The translations under genes and the position numbers were made by a program. From an uncultured bacterium (GTDB lineage: Bacteria; Zhuqueibacterota; QNDG01; DTFT01), in NCBI GenBank assembly GCA_963736115.1, contig CAVTNR010000027.1, positions 64,001-128,000 of the forward strand: a stretch of 64,000 nucleotides of DNA, written 5' to 3'. Positions 42,457 through 52,509 of the stretch are shown here, piece after piece. Within the stretch, counting starts at the first letter, position 1, and each line of letters begins with the position of its first letter. Below the pieces are notes generated by a model, which ran no database searches, was not told the DNA's origin, and saw only the letters and a program-made list of their open reading frames with translations.

Positions 42457-43665
42457 CTATATTGAAAAACCCACTTGTGCGTTCAACAATATTCTTGATT
42501 TTTTATGAATGGGGAAAAATGGCGTCATTTCGAGACCGGCGTTGGCTTTCATGCCGAATGGTATCCCGAATCCCCGGATGAGCTCAACGACATCGAGTAA
42601 AATCGATACGGCAAAACCGCCCTGCCCCACGCCCACATCAATCGGTGAATTCACTCCGAATGTGCCAAACCCCAGATTGACGGGGAATCGATGTCCGGAC
42701 GTTGCATTGACATAATAAAAACGGATCATTGCGCTGGACTTGCCGTATTGTATGGTATCCCTCGCCTGTGTGTCATATAAAACCTTTGGGATGGCGAGCG
42801 CGAACCGCGTGACTATTTTAGGTCCTTTGACTCGGAAATAACGCGTAAATGAGTTTAGCCTGTCGTAGGCGCCAATTTTAATGGTATAATCGGGTTTGAC
42901 ATGAACCTTGACGATTGTCCAGCTCGGAAGTGAATCGAGCTGTAAATGGACCTCCTCCAGCTCCTCCGGCAGGATCGCCGCGTAACCGCCGTACGCGGTG
43001 CGGTACTGCGCGAACATGACGCGATCACGATTGGGATCGCCGCAGCTACGAAACGTCAGAACTCGCCGTTCGAACGTATACAATACTTTTTCTTCACGCG
43101 ACATCACCGTCGTCTGAATGGTGACGAATTGCGGCCCCATATTCTGCCGTATCGCGTTCCGATCAAAGATCACTCGAAGCTTTCGTATTCTTTCGCGGTC
43201 GAGAGTGACGGCTGTCCGCGCGCGGTCACTGCCGCTGTCCGGACCCATGCGTACAAATTCTTCGACCTGTTCCACGCCCTGAATCTCTTCGACATTCACG
43301 AAACTGTTTGTTTTATAGAAGAAAAACTGGCCGATTGAATCGACGACCTGCACGAAAACCCTGTATGATTCAGGCGTCACGGATGGAGGGATCACAGCCG
43401 TGTACATATTGTCTCCAACAGGCTTGAACTTCATTCCTTCCATGGTCAGCATGGGAATCACTTTCACGGACGACGTGCTGTCAATGAGTCGAATGGTCAT
43501 CCGAATGGTATCCCCGAAAAAGTACACCCGTTGATCGACTGAGACATCGACACTGACATCCTCAAGGGATGGCCAGATTACCCTTGAAGAATTGGATTGG
43601 GACAATAGAGACTTCACCCCGATCAGGATCAGAACAAACATCAGTTTTATTAATGATTTCGACAT
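42457..43665 (-). CDS. Hypothetical exported protein
   Basis: Signal-peptide-like start MSKSLIK; beta-rich; ends QVGFSI, like an outer-membrane strand. Confidence 0.7.
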   Translation of the reverse strand: MSKSLIKLMFVLILIGVKSLLSQSNSSRVIWPSLEDVSVDVSVDQRVYFFGDTIRMTIRLIDSTSSVKVIPMLTMEGMKFKPVGDNMYTAVIPPSVTPESYRVFVQVVDSIGQFFFYKTNSFVNVEEIQGVEQVEEFVRMGPDSGSDRARTAVTLDRERIRKLRVIFDRNAIRQNMGPQFVTIQTTVMSREEKVLYTFERRVLTFRSCGDPNRDRVMFAQYRTAYGGYAAILPEELEEVHLQLDSLPSWTIVKVHVKPDYTIKIGAYDRLNSFTRYFRVKGPKIVTRFALAIPKVLYDTQARDTIQYGKSSAMIRFYYVNATSGHRFPVNLGFGTFGVNSPIDVGVGQGGFAVSILLDVVELIRGFGIPFGMKANAGLEMTPFFPIHKKSRILLNAQVGFSI

Positions 43666-43820
43666 TTCTTTTCCCGTCGTCAAGTTCCGATCAGTCAAAC
43701 CAAACATGATCCGATGAATCAGATCACTTGCGCATCCCACCCGCTTCGCGGGTCAACGGGGCTTCAATCCCTTGATAAATCACGGAATCGTTTCTTTGTT
43801 CATATTCCTATTCTTTTTAT

Positions 43821-44942
43821 TCACTTCTGTGGTCTGCTGCAACCCCATCCGGAATGATTCAGCTTGTTCTTGAAGCGGCCGAAACGCGCCGGGCGGTAGA
43901 ATACATTCACGCCCTTGTTCATTTCCTGCCGAAAATAGGCGGAATCTTCAGCGCAATCGTAATGATTGAAGATTCCCGGTTTTTCGTCCATCAAAGAAGT
44001 CATATGATCGTCGCCGGTTTTGTCAAGGGTCTGTAAATATCCGCGAACGCTATCCACATCGTAAACAGCCACAGCAACCGATGTCTGGTTATTCTCCGAC
44101 AGTTTTTTAAAAGACTGAAAGGCGTACTTTTCGGCAAAGGATCCGATATCTCCATCGCCCAGACCGACATCCAGCCGTTCCAATGACCGAAGGTCGAAAT
44201 ATGAGAGGTGAAGATTTTCGGGGGAAGCAACAATGGTTCTCGCATACGGAGCCATTGTCTCTATCGTATGCGGCGAACCGTTGAAACACGTTGAGAGAAC
44301 CATGAGATCGAACTTCGTGGAATCACGTGTCAGCCATTTCAACCGGCCTGCGAGGTCGCGAACCGTGAACGTTCTATCAGAATACGATGCATTATATCCT
44401 ATGCCGCCAATTTCCGGGATTTCATGACCGAAGTAGAGGAACAAGCGGATCGGCGAAGTATCCAAATCCGCATACGTTTGCTGATATTTTAATATGTGTT
44501 GATCCTCCCGCGGTGACCCAGGATCCCTCCGATACTTTTCTTCGACGATTTTCCTTCCGTGACTGAAATAATAGAATGTTCCGTCACGGAGAGGAAACAG
44601 GAATAATAAATGCCTTTTGTGTTTCTCATGGAATATGAAAACTTCGGCCTCTGGATTCTGAAGCGCAACCTGGATGGCTCCGGTGAGTGCATCCTCATCA
44701 GCTTGAACCGCATGGCCTGAATTATTGTGATATAGATAATCTCCATCGCCGTGGATAATGAATATCATTGAGAAACGAGGCGGACTTGGAGAGTCAGACC
44801 GATCCATTTTTTCTCGGCTCAAGCTTGTGACGGAACCGCATGAAAATTGAAATGATACGAGTACCACGCAACCGAGCACCCCTAAGAGCGTCCTGAAAGA
44901 TTGCGTGGTACTCGTCAAACATCGGTGTTGCATGACCGGCAT
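43821..44942 (-). CDS. Hypothetical lipoprotein, possible clostripain/caspase-like fold
   Basis: FSC lipobox-like; LFLYFGHE and FDLMVLSTCFNG have His/Cys contexts reminiscent of clan CD peptidases. Confidence 0.55.
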   Translation of the reverse strand: MPVMQHRCLTSTTQSFRTLLGVLGCVVLVSFQFSCGSVTSLSREKMDRSDSPSPPRFSMIFIIHGDGDYLYHNNSGHAVQADEDALTGAIQVALQNPEAEVFIFHEKHKRHLLFLFPLRDGTFYYFSHGRKIVEEKYRRDPGSPREDQHILKYQQTYADLDTSPIRLFLYFGHEIPEIGGIGYNASYSDRTFTVRDLAGRLKWLTRDSTKFDLMVLSTCFNGSPHTIETMAPYARTIVASPENLHLSYFDLRSLERLDVGLGDGDIGSFAEKYAFQSFKKLSENNQTSVAVAVYDVDSVRGYLQTLDKTGDDHMTSLMDEKPGIFNHYDCAEDSAYFRQEMNKGVNVFYRPARFGRFKNKLNHSGWGCSRPQK

Positions 44943-44983
44943 GCCTCAAAAAGCCTGGGACTGTACTCTTGGCCGTGTTCTGA

Positions 44984-45418
44984 TCACAGGAGGAGAATCA
45001 GAATGATAATAATCAAGAGTGCCGAGACCAGGCTGATGGTGACGGATTGATAGGCCTGCTCCATATCCTGCACCACATAATCAGAGAAAGCATTCAGCTG
45101 GGCATCGGCCACGCGCTCAAAGCCGTTATTGCCCGTGAGCTCGTCCTGCTTCTCTTGAAGAGCGGTTTTGATCCGGCTGATGCCGTCGCGGTCGTCTTTC
45201 GAAACCAGGCCTGAGCTTTCAACTCTGTCGAGCGCTTTCGACATGGCTTGGAAGGAGTGGTTCATTATTTCACGCTTCTGCGCCGGTTCGGCTGTCGTTT
45301 TGACCTTCCGTGCAGTATCGTTGAAGTACTTCTGGATGCCTTCTTTTCCTTCCGCCCAACCCGCCTGAACCGCCACGAAAGACATCACGAGGACTGCAAT
45401 AATCGTTTTTGCTTTCAT
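44984..45418 (-). CDS. Exported helical protein with C-terminal hydrophobic tail
   Basis: Signal peptide MKAKTII...AGWA; ends VTISLVSALLIIIILILLL; SD GGAGG. Confidence 0.8.
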   Translation of the reverse strand: MKAKTIIAVLVMSFVAVQAGWAEGKEGIQKYFNDTARKVKTTAEPAQKREIMNHSFQAMSKALDRVESSGLVSKDDRDGISRIKTALQEKQDELTGNNGFERVADAQLNAFSDYVVQDMEQAYQSVTISLVSALLIIIILILLL

Positions 45419-45492
45419 ACTGATTGCCTCCGGTTTCTGATGAAATGGAGATAATTGACAGAATACGGTGTTTTTTCGGATCATCGCGTTAA

Positions 45493-45693
45493 TTATGTTC
45501 TCGAGCCTCCGATGTGAATTCCGGATATCGACTGCAATACACCGAAACCGTTCAACAGCCAGAGAACGACCGCAATGACAACGACCGCATTCAAGATCGA
45601 TTTGATTTTATGATCCATCGGTATATAGCGGTTAATCAGCCATAAAAGAACACCGACCACGATCAGGGTGATCACCACATTGATTAACGGCAA
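45493..45693 (-). CDS. Thivi_2564-like small membrane protein
   Basis: LINVVITLIVVGVLLWLINRYIPMDHKIKSILNAVVVIAVVLWLL. Confidence 0.85.
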   Translation of the reverse strand: MPLINVVITLIVVGVLLWLINRYIPMDHKIKSILNAVVVIAVVLWLLNGFGVLQSISGIHIGGSRT

Positions 45694-45785
45694 TTGATAC
45701 TCCCTTCGATTTATGGATGACCGTTTTCTTCAAACGGGATGCGTGATCCGACCAATCAATCCGTCGAATTGCGGTCGGACACGAC

Positions 45786-46466
45786 TCAATTGAGCGTCCC
45801 GTTCTCGGCGGCTTCCTTGAGTTTGTCATTGGCGAATATGGCGACTTCCACACGCCTGTTCTGTTCACGGCCATAATCCGTGCCATTGGATGCAACCGGA
45901 TTCAACTCACCGAGTCCGACCGTTGAAATCCTCGAACCGTCGACTTCCAGGCTCCTTTGATAGCTGGCAACTGCCTGAGCCCGGCGTTCCGACAAACTCT
46001 GATTGTATGCTTCCGATCCCGTATTGTCGGTGTCTCCCTCAATGAGAATGTTCGTGTCGGGATATTTATTGAGGATTTTTGACAGACTCTCAATATTGGC
46101 CTTCGCCGTGGGCTGTAATTCGGACGAATCGATTGCGAAGAGAATCCCGGAATCGAACGTAATTTTGATTCCCTCGCCGACCCGTTCGATTTTTGCGTTC
46201 TCGATATCACGCCTCATTTCTTCCGCCTGCCTGTCCATGTGACGGCCGATAAGCCCTCCCGCTGTTCCGCCCACCGCCGCCCCGATGATGGCGCCAATGG
46301 CCGTATTTCCGAGCTGATGTCCGATGACCCCGCCTGCGGCTCCTCCGACCCCTGCTCCAATCGCGCCGCCCTTCAGTGCGTTACTGGCGCCGCACCCAAG
46401 CAGGAGGGCCGTTGAAACACAGAGAGCCACAACTGCGACAAGTCTCTTTTTTTCTTTTTGCATCAT
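45786..46466 (-). CDS. OmpA-family lipoprotein with glycine zipper (YiaD-like)
   Basis: LLGC; GGAIGAGVGG..GAAVGG; GILFAID, NQSLSERRA, NRRVE. Confidence 0.93.
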   Translation of the reverse strand: MMQKEKKRLVAVVALCVSTALLLGCGASNALKGGAIGAGVGGAAGGVIGHQLGNTAIGAIIGAAVGGTAGGLIGRHMDRQAEEMRRDIENAKIERVGEGIKITFDSGILFAIDSSELQPTAKANIESLSKILNKYPDTNILIEGDTDNTGSEAYNQSLSERRAQAVASYQRSLEVDGSRISTVGLGELNPVASNGTDYGREQNRRVEVAIFANDKLKEAAENGTLN

Positions 46467-46655
46467 GCACCTCTTTCTGGATTTGGAATTATACATCTGT
46501 ACTGTGATAGATCGATTTCATGTGCAGGTTCCATTTATCGTAAAAGCCTCCACATCCGGCACAAACATCCTTCTGACTCTAAGAGATAAACTCTTCGAAT
46601 GCAATGGATTGTGCCGCATTGCTTTTCCCTGAACACCGGGTTTTGGTCCTTCCGC

Positions 46656-48113
46656 TTATTGTTGCACGTAGAATTCGATTCGCCGATTCTCAGTCCGTCC
46701 CTCATCCGTGTCATTGTCGGCAATCGGTTCCATCTCACCCTTTCCAACCGTTCTCATGCGATCCGACCGGACACCTCTTTGCTCCAGCCAGTTTTTGACC
46801 GCCTGGGCACGGCGAAGCGAGAGATCCTGATTGTACTCGTCGCTGCCGACGTTGTCCGTATGACCGGATATTTCGACCAGCACATCAGGCCGGGCGTTCA
46901 TCGCCTGATAAGCGACTTCCAGAATATCCCTCGAATCCTCCGTTATATTGGCCTGGTCGAAATCGAAATTAACGCCTCTCAGAATGACTCTTTTCCCCGG
47001 ATCGAGAATAATCGTCTTCGTCCCCTTGGAAATGTCATCCTTCCAATCGAGCGGATTGGTGCCGCGCTTCACTTCGGCGCCGTCGTTCACTCCACCGTTA
47101 TCCGTGTCGATTTTCACCGGATTGGTTTTCGCCGTATTTGCCTCGTATCCATCGCTCAAATCATCCCCATCCGTATCCTTTTTCACTGGATCGGTTTTAT
47201 ACTGATTGACTTCATCGCCGTCGCTTAAGCCGTCCCTGTCAGTATCCGTTCTCAATGGATTGGATTTATATCTGAATTCTTCGCCATCGTTCAAACCGTC
47301 TCCGTCTGTGTCCATTCGGAACGGGTCCGTTTTAAAACGTTTCAATTCGGTGCCATCGAACAGGCCATCCCCGTCGGTATCCGCTTTGAGCGGATTGGTC
47401 TGAACCTGATTCACCTCAGCTCCATCGCTCAAACCGTCGCCATCGGTGTCGGCATTATTTGGATCTGTTCCGAATTCTTTTTCAGCTGTATTGCTCAATC
47501 CATCCTTGTCCGTATCATCGCTCCCTCCGACGGATCCGCCGGTAAACATGAGCCCGATCACGAATCCGTAGAATCCATCCTGCTTTTTATTGGTCAGGCG
47601 ATTGAGGTTGGAATCGGAGCGTTCACGACCGTCTAGTTTGTCCCTTAAGGATAACGTGTAGCCCCCGCTCACTTCCAATATCATCTGGCTGTGAACCCTG
47701 GTCTGAAAACCGATGCCCATGGGAATCATTGGTAAAAAATCGGATCCGCTCCTGTCAACGGCTTTGGACAGGCCGAAACCGGCGTACAAAAACGGATTCA
47801 GTCTTTCCATAGAGAAAGGGATGAACAGGAATCTGTTTTCAACCATGCCTGTTTCCGCAGTATACACACCGGGAGCATCGAGACGGGTGTATCCGACGCT
47901 CAGTTGACCCAATAAACTTGGAGCAATCAATTGATATTGAAGAAATCCACGGTATTGAAAAACCCATTTGTCGGAATTGCTGTTATCTCCCATGGCTCCA
48001 CCCACGGCAATGCCCAATCCCTGGCTCGGGTTTTTAAATCCGAATCCCGCACTGGCATTGTGATAGCATATCAAAACAAGAAATACAGGTAAAAACCGGA
48101 AAATCCCTTTCAT
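46656..48113 (-). CDS. OmpA-family protein with thrombospondin-type-3-like Ca-binding repeats
   Basis: N-terminal barrel; seven DTDxDGLxDGxE-type repeats; GHTD, NQDLSLRRA, NRRIEF. Confidence 0.92.
   Translation of the reverse strand: MKGIFRFLPVFLVLICYHNASAGFGFKNPSQGLGIAVGGAMGDNSNSDKWVFQYRGFLQYQLIAPSLLGQLSVGYTRLDAPGVYTAETGMVENRFLFIPFSMERLNPFLYAGFGLSKAVDRSGSDFLPMIPMGIGFQTRVHSQMILEVSGGYTLSLRDKLDGRERSDSNLNRLTNKKQDGFYGFVIGLMFTGGSVGGSDDTDKDGLSNTAEKEFGTDPNNADTDGDGLSDGAEVNQVQTNPLKADTDGDGLFDGTELKRFKTDPFRMDTDGDGLNDGEEFRYKSNPLRTDTDRDGLSDGDEVNQYKTDPVKKDTDGDDLSDGYEANTAKTNPVKIDTDNGGVNDGAEVKRGTNPLDWKDDISKGTKTIILDPGKRVILRGVNFDFDQANITEDSRDILEVAYQAMNARPDVLVEISGHTDNVGSDEYNQDLSLRRAQAVKNWLEQRGVRSDRMRTVGKGEMEPIADNDTDEGRTENRRIEFYVQQ
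47060..47520 (-). repeat. Intragenic TSP3-like DTDGDGLSDG repeats
   Basis: Repeated 23-24 aa units visible in the translation. Confidence 0.8.
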
Positions 48114-48317
48114 CTGGATCCCCCTTTCAGTTAAAGTTACATTTTCAGTTCGGTTCATTTCAACTTTCCTCGTTCTAAAATCCTTCGAAATGTTCGGGGG
48201 GAGCGAGTGACCTCCCCCCATTCCTGTCAATAGACCGGCAGTCCATGCGAAACACACGTTTTTCCTTCTTCATGAATCCACTGCAGTCTGTTTCAAGTCG
48301 TCACTCCATCATTACCC

Positions 48318-48343
48318 GGGGAACCCGTTTATGCGGGTTCCCC
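48318..48343. other. Intergenic stem-loop
   Basis: GGGGAACCCG/CGGGTTCCCC after the OmpA stop. Confidence 0.55.
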
Positions 48344-48361
48344 TTCTGTTTGCCGGGTCTG

Positions 48362-49483
48362 CTATTTAACAACGATTTCGAACAGAACGCGCATGTTGGC
48401 CTTTGCCGCATTTGAATAGAGTTCCTTGGGCGCGACTTCATGTTCGGCCGGTTTGGTTTCACCATATCCGATCGTTGTAAGCCGATTCGCCATAATAACG
48501 CCTTCATTCACCAGAAATTCTTCGACGGCTCGAGCCCTTCTTTCGCTCAGTCTTTGATTGTAATCTTCAGTGCCGGAAGCGGAGGTGTACCCTGCAACAC
48601 GGACTTTAGATTCCGGGTTGTTCTTCAGAATCTGGACGCTCTTTTTAAGTATCCGCTTCGCTTCTTCCGTCAGAGTCGACTGGTTAAAATCGAAATGCAC
48701 GTCCTCAAAGGCAAGAATGACGATTTTCGTCTCTTTGGCAAGAACCTGTACCGTCTCTTCGACCTTCGGTTCGGGAACATCAGACACGAGAACGACGACC
48801 TTCGCAGCTGCTCTCGGTTCTTCCATCACAACCGGCGCCGGCCGGGACTTCGACTGACCGCCGAAGGCAAGTACGATTCCTGCGGAAGCATGCACATTGT
48901 GATACCCCTGCTCAAAAGGGAATACCTCGGTGACGAAATTATCCCTGAGATCGAGCCTGAGCGCGAAATGTTCCACAAGCCAGAATTTGGCACCCACCCC
49001 GAAATCAAAGGTGGACATGTCCTGATTCGATATTTTCGGACTGTAGCGGACGCCTCCCAGCCCGGCGACAATGAACGGAGTCAGTCGACGGTCGGGCATA
49101 AAATGATAGACCGCATCGATATGATAGAAGGTAAGGTCCACTTTGTCCATGGGGCTTCTGTACTGGCCTTCCTTGGCTCCCGTTCTGGCTTTATCAAAAA
49201 CATTGCTGTTGACCAGCTCCACAGTGCCTTCGATACCGAAACGCTTCGTAAAATTTAAGCCGATCCGTCCGCCATAGACAGGACTGTTTTCGAGATTCTG
49301 TCTGTCTTCGAAAAAATGGGTGCCGATAAACGGACTCACCTCAACGCTTTTTGCCCGTATCCCCAAGCGACCGGATGATTCGGATCGGTCATCACTGCCG
49401 GATGCAACCGAAGGCAGCCCGGTCACCCACAGAACAGCCGAAGCTGTAATGAAGAATGCCGTTTTCAGTATTTTCATTTTCAT
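48362..49483 (-). CDS. OmpA-family outer-membrane protein (barrel + PG-binding domain)
   Basis: Signal peptide; barrel strands; VHFDFNQS, NQRLSERRA, ANMRVLFEI. Confidence 0.92.
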   Translation of the reverse strand: MKMKILKTAFFITASAVLWVTGLPSVASGSDDRSESSGRLGIRAKSVEVSPFIGTHFFEDRQNLENSPVYGGRIGLNFTKRFGIEGTVELVNSNVFDKARTGAKEGQYRSPMDKVDLTFYHIDAVYHFMPDRRLTPFIVAGLGGVRYSPKISNQDMSTFDFGVGAKFWLVEHFALRLDLRDNFVTEVFPFEQGYHNVHASAGIVLAFGGQSKSRPAPVVMEEPRAAAKVVVLVSDVPEPKVEETVQVLAKETKIVILAFEDVHFDFNQSTLTEEAKRILKKSVQILKNNPESKVRVAGYTSASGTEDYNQRLSERRARAVEEFLVNEGVIMANRLTTIGYGETKPAEHEVAPKELYSNAAKANMRVLFEIVVK

Positions 49484-49525
49484 TCCCCTTTATATCGTTT
49501 CTTTTTTCCATTCGCTTTTTTTCAT

Positions 49526-49561
49526 CATCGGGAGACAGGCGGTTCCGCCTGTCTCCCGATG
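49526..49561. other. Intergenic perfect stem-loop
   Basis: 17-bp inverted repeat CATCGGGAGACAGGCGG/CCGCCTGTCTCCCGATG after the ice-binding gene. Confidence 0.7.
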
Positions 49562-49591
49562 GGACTGTTTTCACGTTGAATTCCCCGACTC

Positions 49592-51688
49592 CTACGGATT
49601 GGTCACTGCATTGAAATCCAATGTTACCGCGGCGATCCTTGTCATGGCTCTTCCCACGAGTGAAGCGCCGGTTTCCAGCGTGACGGATTGATCCGCCATG
49701 ATAGTTCCCTTCATCGCGGCCGTGGTCCCGATCGTCGCCGAAGTGCCGACCTGCCAGAAGACATTCTTCGCCTGCGCACCGCCGGCCAGTATCACCTGGC
49801 GACCGGACGTCACTGTGAGCGAGGATGGGATCTGGAAGATGAAAACGCCTTCCGAATTGCCCTGCGCATCGAGGGTCAGGTCTCCTGACGAGATGGCCAG
49901 GGTGGAAGTGGAGGTATAAACTCCGGGAGTGAGAGTCTGTCCTCCGATGTTCCCCGATACTGCGGCACCGGGAGCCCGTCCGGCCGCGTCGTTATAAGCG
50001 CTCGTCAGACAGGATTTGGCGTTGTTGACTTCCGCATCATTGATGCGTATCGTCCCGTTCACGATTCCCGGCGGGAATCCGGTCACCGCGCTACCCGGAC
50101 TCAACCCAAGATCTCCGTTCACGATGGTATTGCCGGTGTTGGTCACAGTCGAACCTGCCAGAATCGGGAAACCGGAGGCACATCCAAGATTGACCATCGC
50201 GGGTCCAGGAGGCGGCAGTGCGGCACCCGTGGTAAATTGCCACACATAGTCGCTGGCCATAGCATTGCCCGCGAGATCCTTGGCTCCGGTTGTAATCGTC
50301 GCCGTATAGGTGGTGTTGGCAGCAAGACCGGCCTCAGGTACAAATGTTCCACCCGTACCCGCGTAGGATACCGTTCCGGATACCGGCGTAAGCCCTTGTT
50401 TTAAAGTATATGTGACTGTGGTGATCGTCAACGGATCCATCGCCTCGCTGAAGAATGCCGTGATGAACTGGTTCAAAGGAACGCCTGTGGCATTATTCTC
50501 AGGATCCGTGGAAATGACCGTGGGTGGAACAGCGTCCAGCCCAGCGCCCGTTGTGAAACTCCACACATAGTTAACGGCCATGGCGTTGCCTGCAAGGTCC
50601 TTGGCTCCGGTCGTAATCGTGGCCGTATAGGTGGTATTGGCCGCAAGATTGGCCGCTGGAGTGAATGTTCCGGCCGTTCCCGCATACGTCACCGTGCCCG
50701 CTACCGGCGTGGTCCCCTGCTGCAAGGTGAATGTGGCCGTGGTGATCGTCACCGGGTCCATCGTCTCGCTGAATGTGGCGACGATCTTCTTATTGAGAGC
50801 CACATTCACGGCGAGATTCGCCGGATCCGTGGAGATGACGGTGGGTAGAACGGCGTCCGGCGCAGCGCCCGTGGTAAAGCTCCACACATAGTTTACGGCC
50901 ATGGCATTGCCTGCAAGGTCCTCGACTCCGGTTGTAATCGTGGCTGTATAGGTGGTATTGGAGGCAAGATTGGCCGCTGGAGTGAATGTTCCGGTCATTC
51001 CCGTATACGTAACCGTGCCGGATACCGGCGTGGTCCCTCGCTTGAGGGTGAATGTGGCTGCCGTGACCGTCAACGGGTCCATCGCTTCGCTGAAGGTTGC
51101 GGTAATTTTCTTGTTGAGGGCCACATTCGTGGCCAGATTCACCGGATCCGTGGAAATGACGGTGGGCGGAGCCGCGTCCGGCGCATTACCGGTGGTAAAG
51201 CTCCATACATAGTTGTGTTCCATCGCATTTCCCGCAAGATCCGTGACACCGCTGGTTATCGTCGCCGTATAAGTGGTGTTGACCGCAAGATTGGCGGCCG
51301 GTTTGAAGGTTGCCACCAGGCCTGCATAGGTCACGGTTCCGGATACCGGCGAAGTACCCTGCTTAACGGTGAATGTGGCCGTAGAGATAGATGATGGGTC
51401 CATCGCTTCACTGAAGGTGGCACTGATAGCAGTGTTGATCGCGACGCCTGTGGCCGCATTGACCGGGACCGTAGAACTGACCGTGGGTGCGGTTTTATCC
51501 GAACCGCCCGTTATTTCCGATCCATCCCATAGGCCGCATCCTGCCATAATAACCATCATGAGCATGGTTATGAGGATTGGACCAATGGAGTTGCGAAGCG
51601 AGCCGAACAATCGTTTTGTTCCGGTTATCTGTCTTGGACAGAAAATCCGGTCTCTGTCGGTTTTAAAATCTCTTGATTTTGTGTTCAT
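49592..51688 (-). CDS. Ice-binding-like (DUF3494) lipoprotein with four Ig-like (Big_5) repeats
   Basis: Lipobox MAGC; four units PTV.ST.P.N.AT.V...TFSE.MD...WSFTTG; C-terminal ILAGSTVTNTG, LTPGVY, VFIFQI, AKNVFWQVG. Confidence 0.92.
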   Translation of the reverse strand: MNTKSRDFKTDRDRIFCPRQITGTKRLFGSLRNSIGPILITMLMMVIMAGCGLWDGSEITGGSDKTAPTVSSTVPVNAATGVAINTAISATFSEAMDPSSISTATFTVKQGTSPVSGTVTYAGLVATFKPAANLAVNTTYTATITSGVTDLAGNAMEHNYVWSFTTGNAPDAAPPTVISTDPVNLATNVALNKKITATFSEAMDPLTVTAATFTLKRGTTPVSGTVTYTGMTGTFTPAANLASNTTYTATITTGVEDLAGNAMAVNYVWSFTTGAAPDAVLPTVISTDPANLAVNVALNKKIVATFSETMDPVTITTATFTLQQGTTPVAGTVTYAGTAGTFTPAANLAANTTYTATITTGAKDLAGNAMAVNYVWSFTTGAGLDAVPPTVISTDPENNATGVPLNQFITAFFSEAMDPLTITTVTYTLKQGLTPVSGTVSYAGTGGTFVPEAGLAANTTYTATITTGAKDLAGNAMASDYVWQFTTGAALPPPGPAMVNLGCASGFPILAGSTVTNTGNTIVNGDLGLSPGSAVTGFPPGIVNGTIRINDAEVNNAKSCLTSAYNDAAGRAPGAAVSGNIGGQTLTPGVYTSTSTLAISSGDLTLDAQGNSEGVFIFQIPSSLTVTSGRQVILAGGAQAKNVFWQVGTSATIGTTAAMKGTIMADQSVTLETGASLVGRAMTRIAAVTLDFNAVTNP
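50228..51500 (-). repeat. Four tandem 321-bp Ig-domain repeats
   Basis: Near-identical antisense ORFs at 50631 and 50952 are offset by exactly 321 nt; four 107-aa units in the protein. Confidence 0.85.
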
Positions 51689-51809
51689 TTAATCCTCTTT
51701 CCCTGTTTATTGATCCTTATCAGTTTCATTTCGGTTAATCGTTCTTCGACCCGGTCCTATCGAACATCGATTCTCATTCCGGATGACACCGGGCAATTCC
51801 GTCTTCATA

Positions 51810-51980
<171 letters not shown>

Positions 51981-52135
51981 TTACAGGTTTCCGATGATCG
52001 AACCGGAATCCCATAACACGGTAATCGAGTCATGACGTTTTCACTAGTAATGAAATCCGTCGGTTATTCCATATCTTCGTTATTTCTCGCCTCATCGTGA
52101 AGTCCATATCGATAAGGAGACGGACGACTGATCTG

Positions 52136-52393
52136 TCAGCGGCGGCGCCCGGCGACCGCACGGATCAAAAACAGCAGGATCAGCGCTCCGACAATCGCCG
52201 CGATGAGCAAACCGAGAATGCCGGAGCTGGATATGTTGAGCTGACCGAACAGCCAGACTCCGATAAAGGCGCCTATCACGCCGACGACCAAATCTCCCAG
52301 AAGGCCGAATCCCCTGCCCTTCCAGATGTGTCCGGCCAGGAATCCTGCCAGAACCCCAACCGCCAGAAAGATCAGCAGATGTTCCGTACTCAT
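52136..52393 (-). CDS. GlsB/YeaQ/YmgE-family stress membrane protein
   Basis: GVLAGFLAG..GRGFGLLGDLVVGVIGAFIG...AIVGALILL. Confidence 0.92.
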   Translation of the reverse strand: MSTEHLLIFLAVGVLAGFLAGHIWKGRGFGLLGDLVVGVIGAFIGVWLFGQLNISSSGILGLLIAAIVGALILLFLIRAVAGRRR

Positions 52394-52509
52394 GATGTTT
52401 TCTCCTTTTAAAACTGATGGATGGTTGTTTTGATAATTAATTCAACTTTGACTTTTTCGATATTCTTTCTTCGGTTGCACGCCGAACCCGGGATGAAGCG
52501 TTCAAATCG

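Noticed and set aside
50228-51500. Regular repeats as a CRISPR array
   Set aside because: They are 321-bp coding Ig-domain repeats with no spacer structure; no cas genes in the window.
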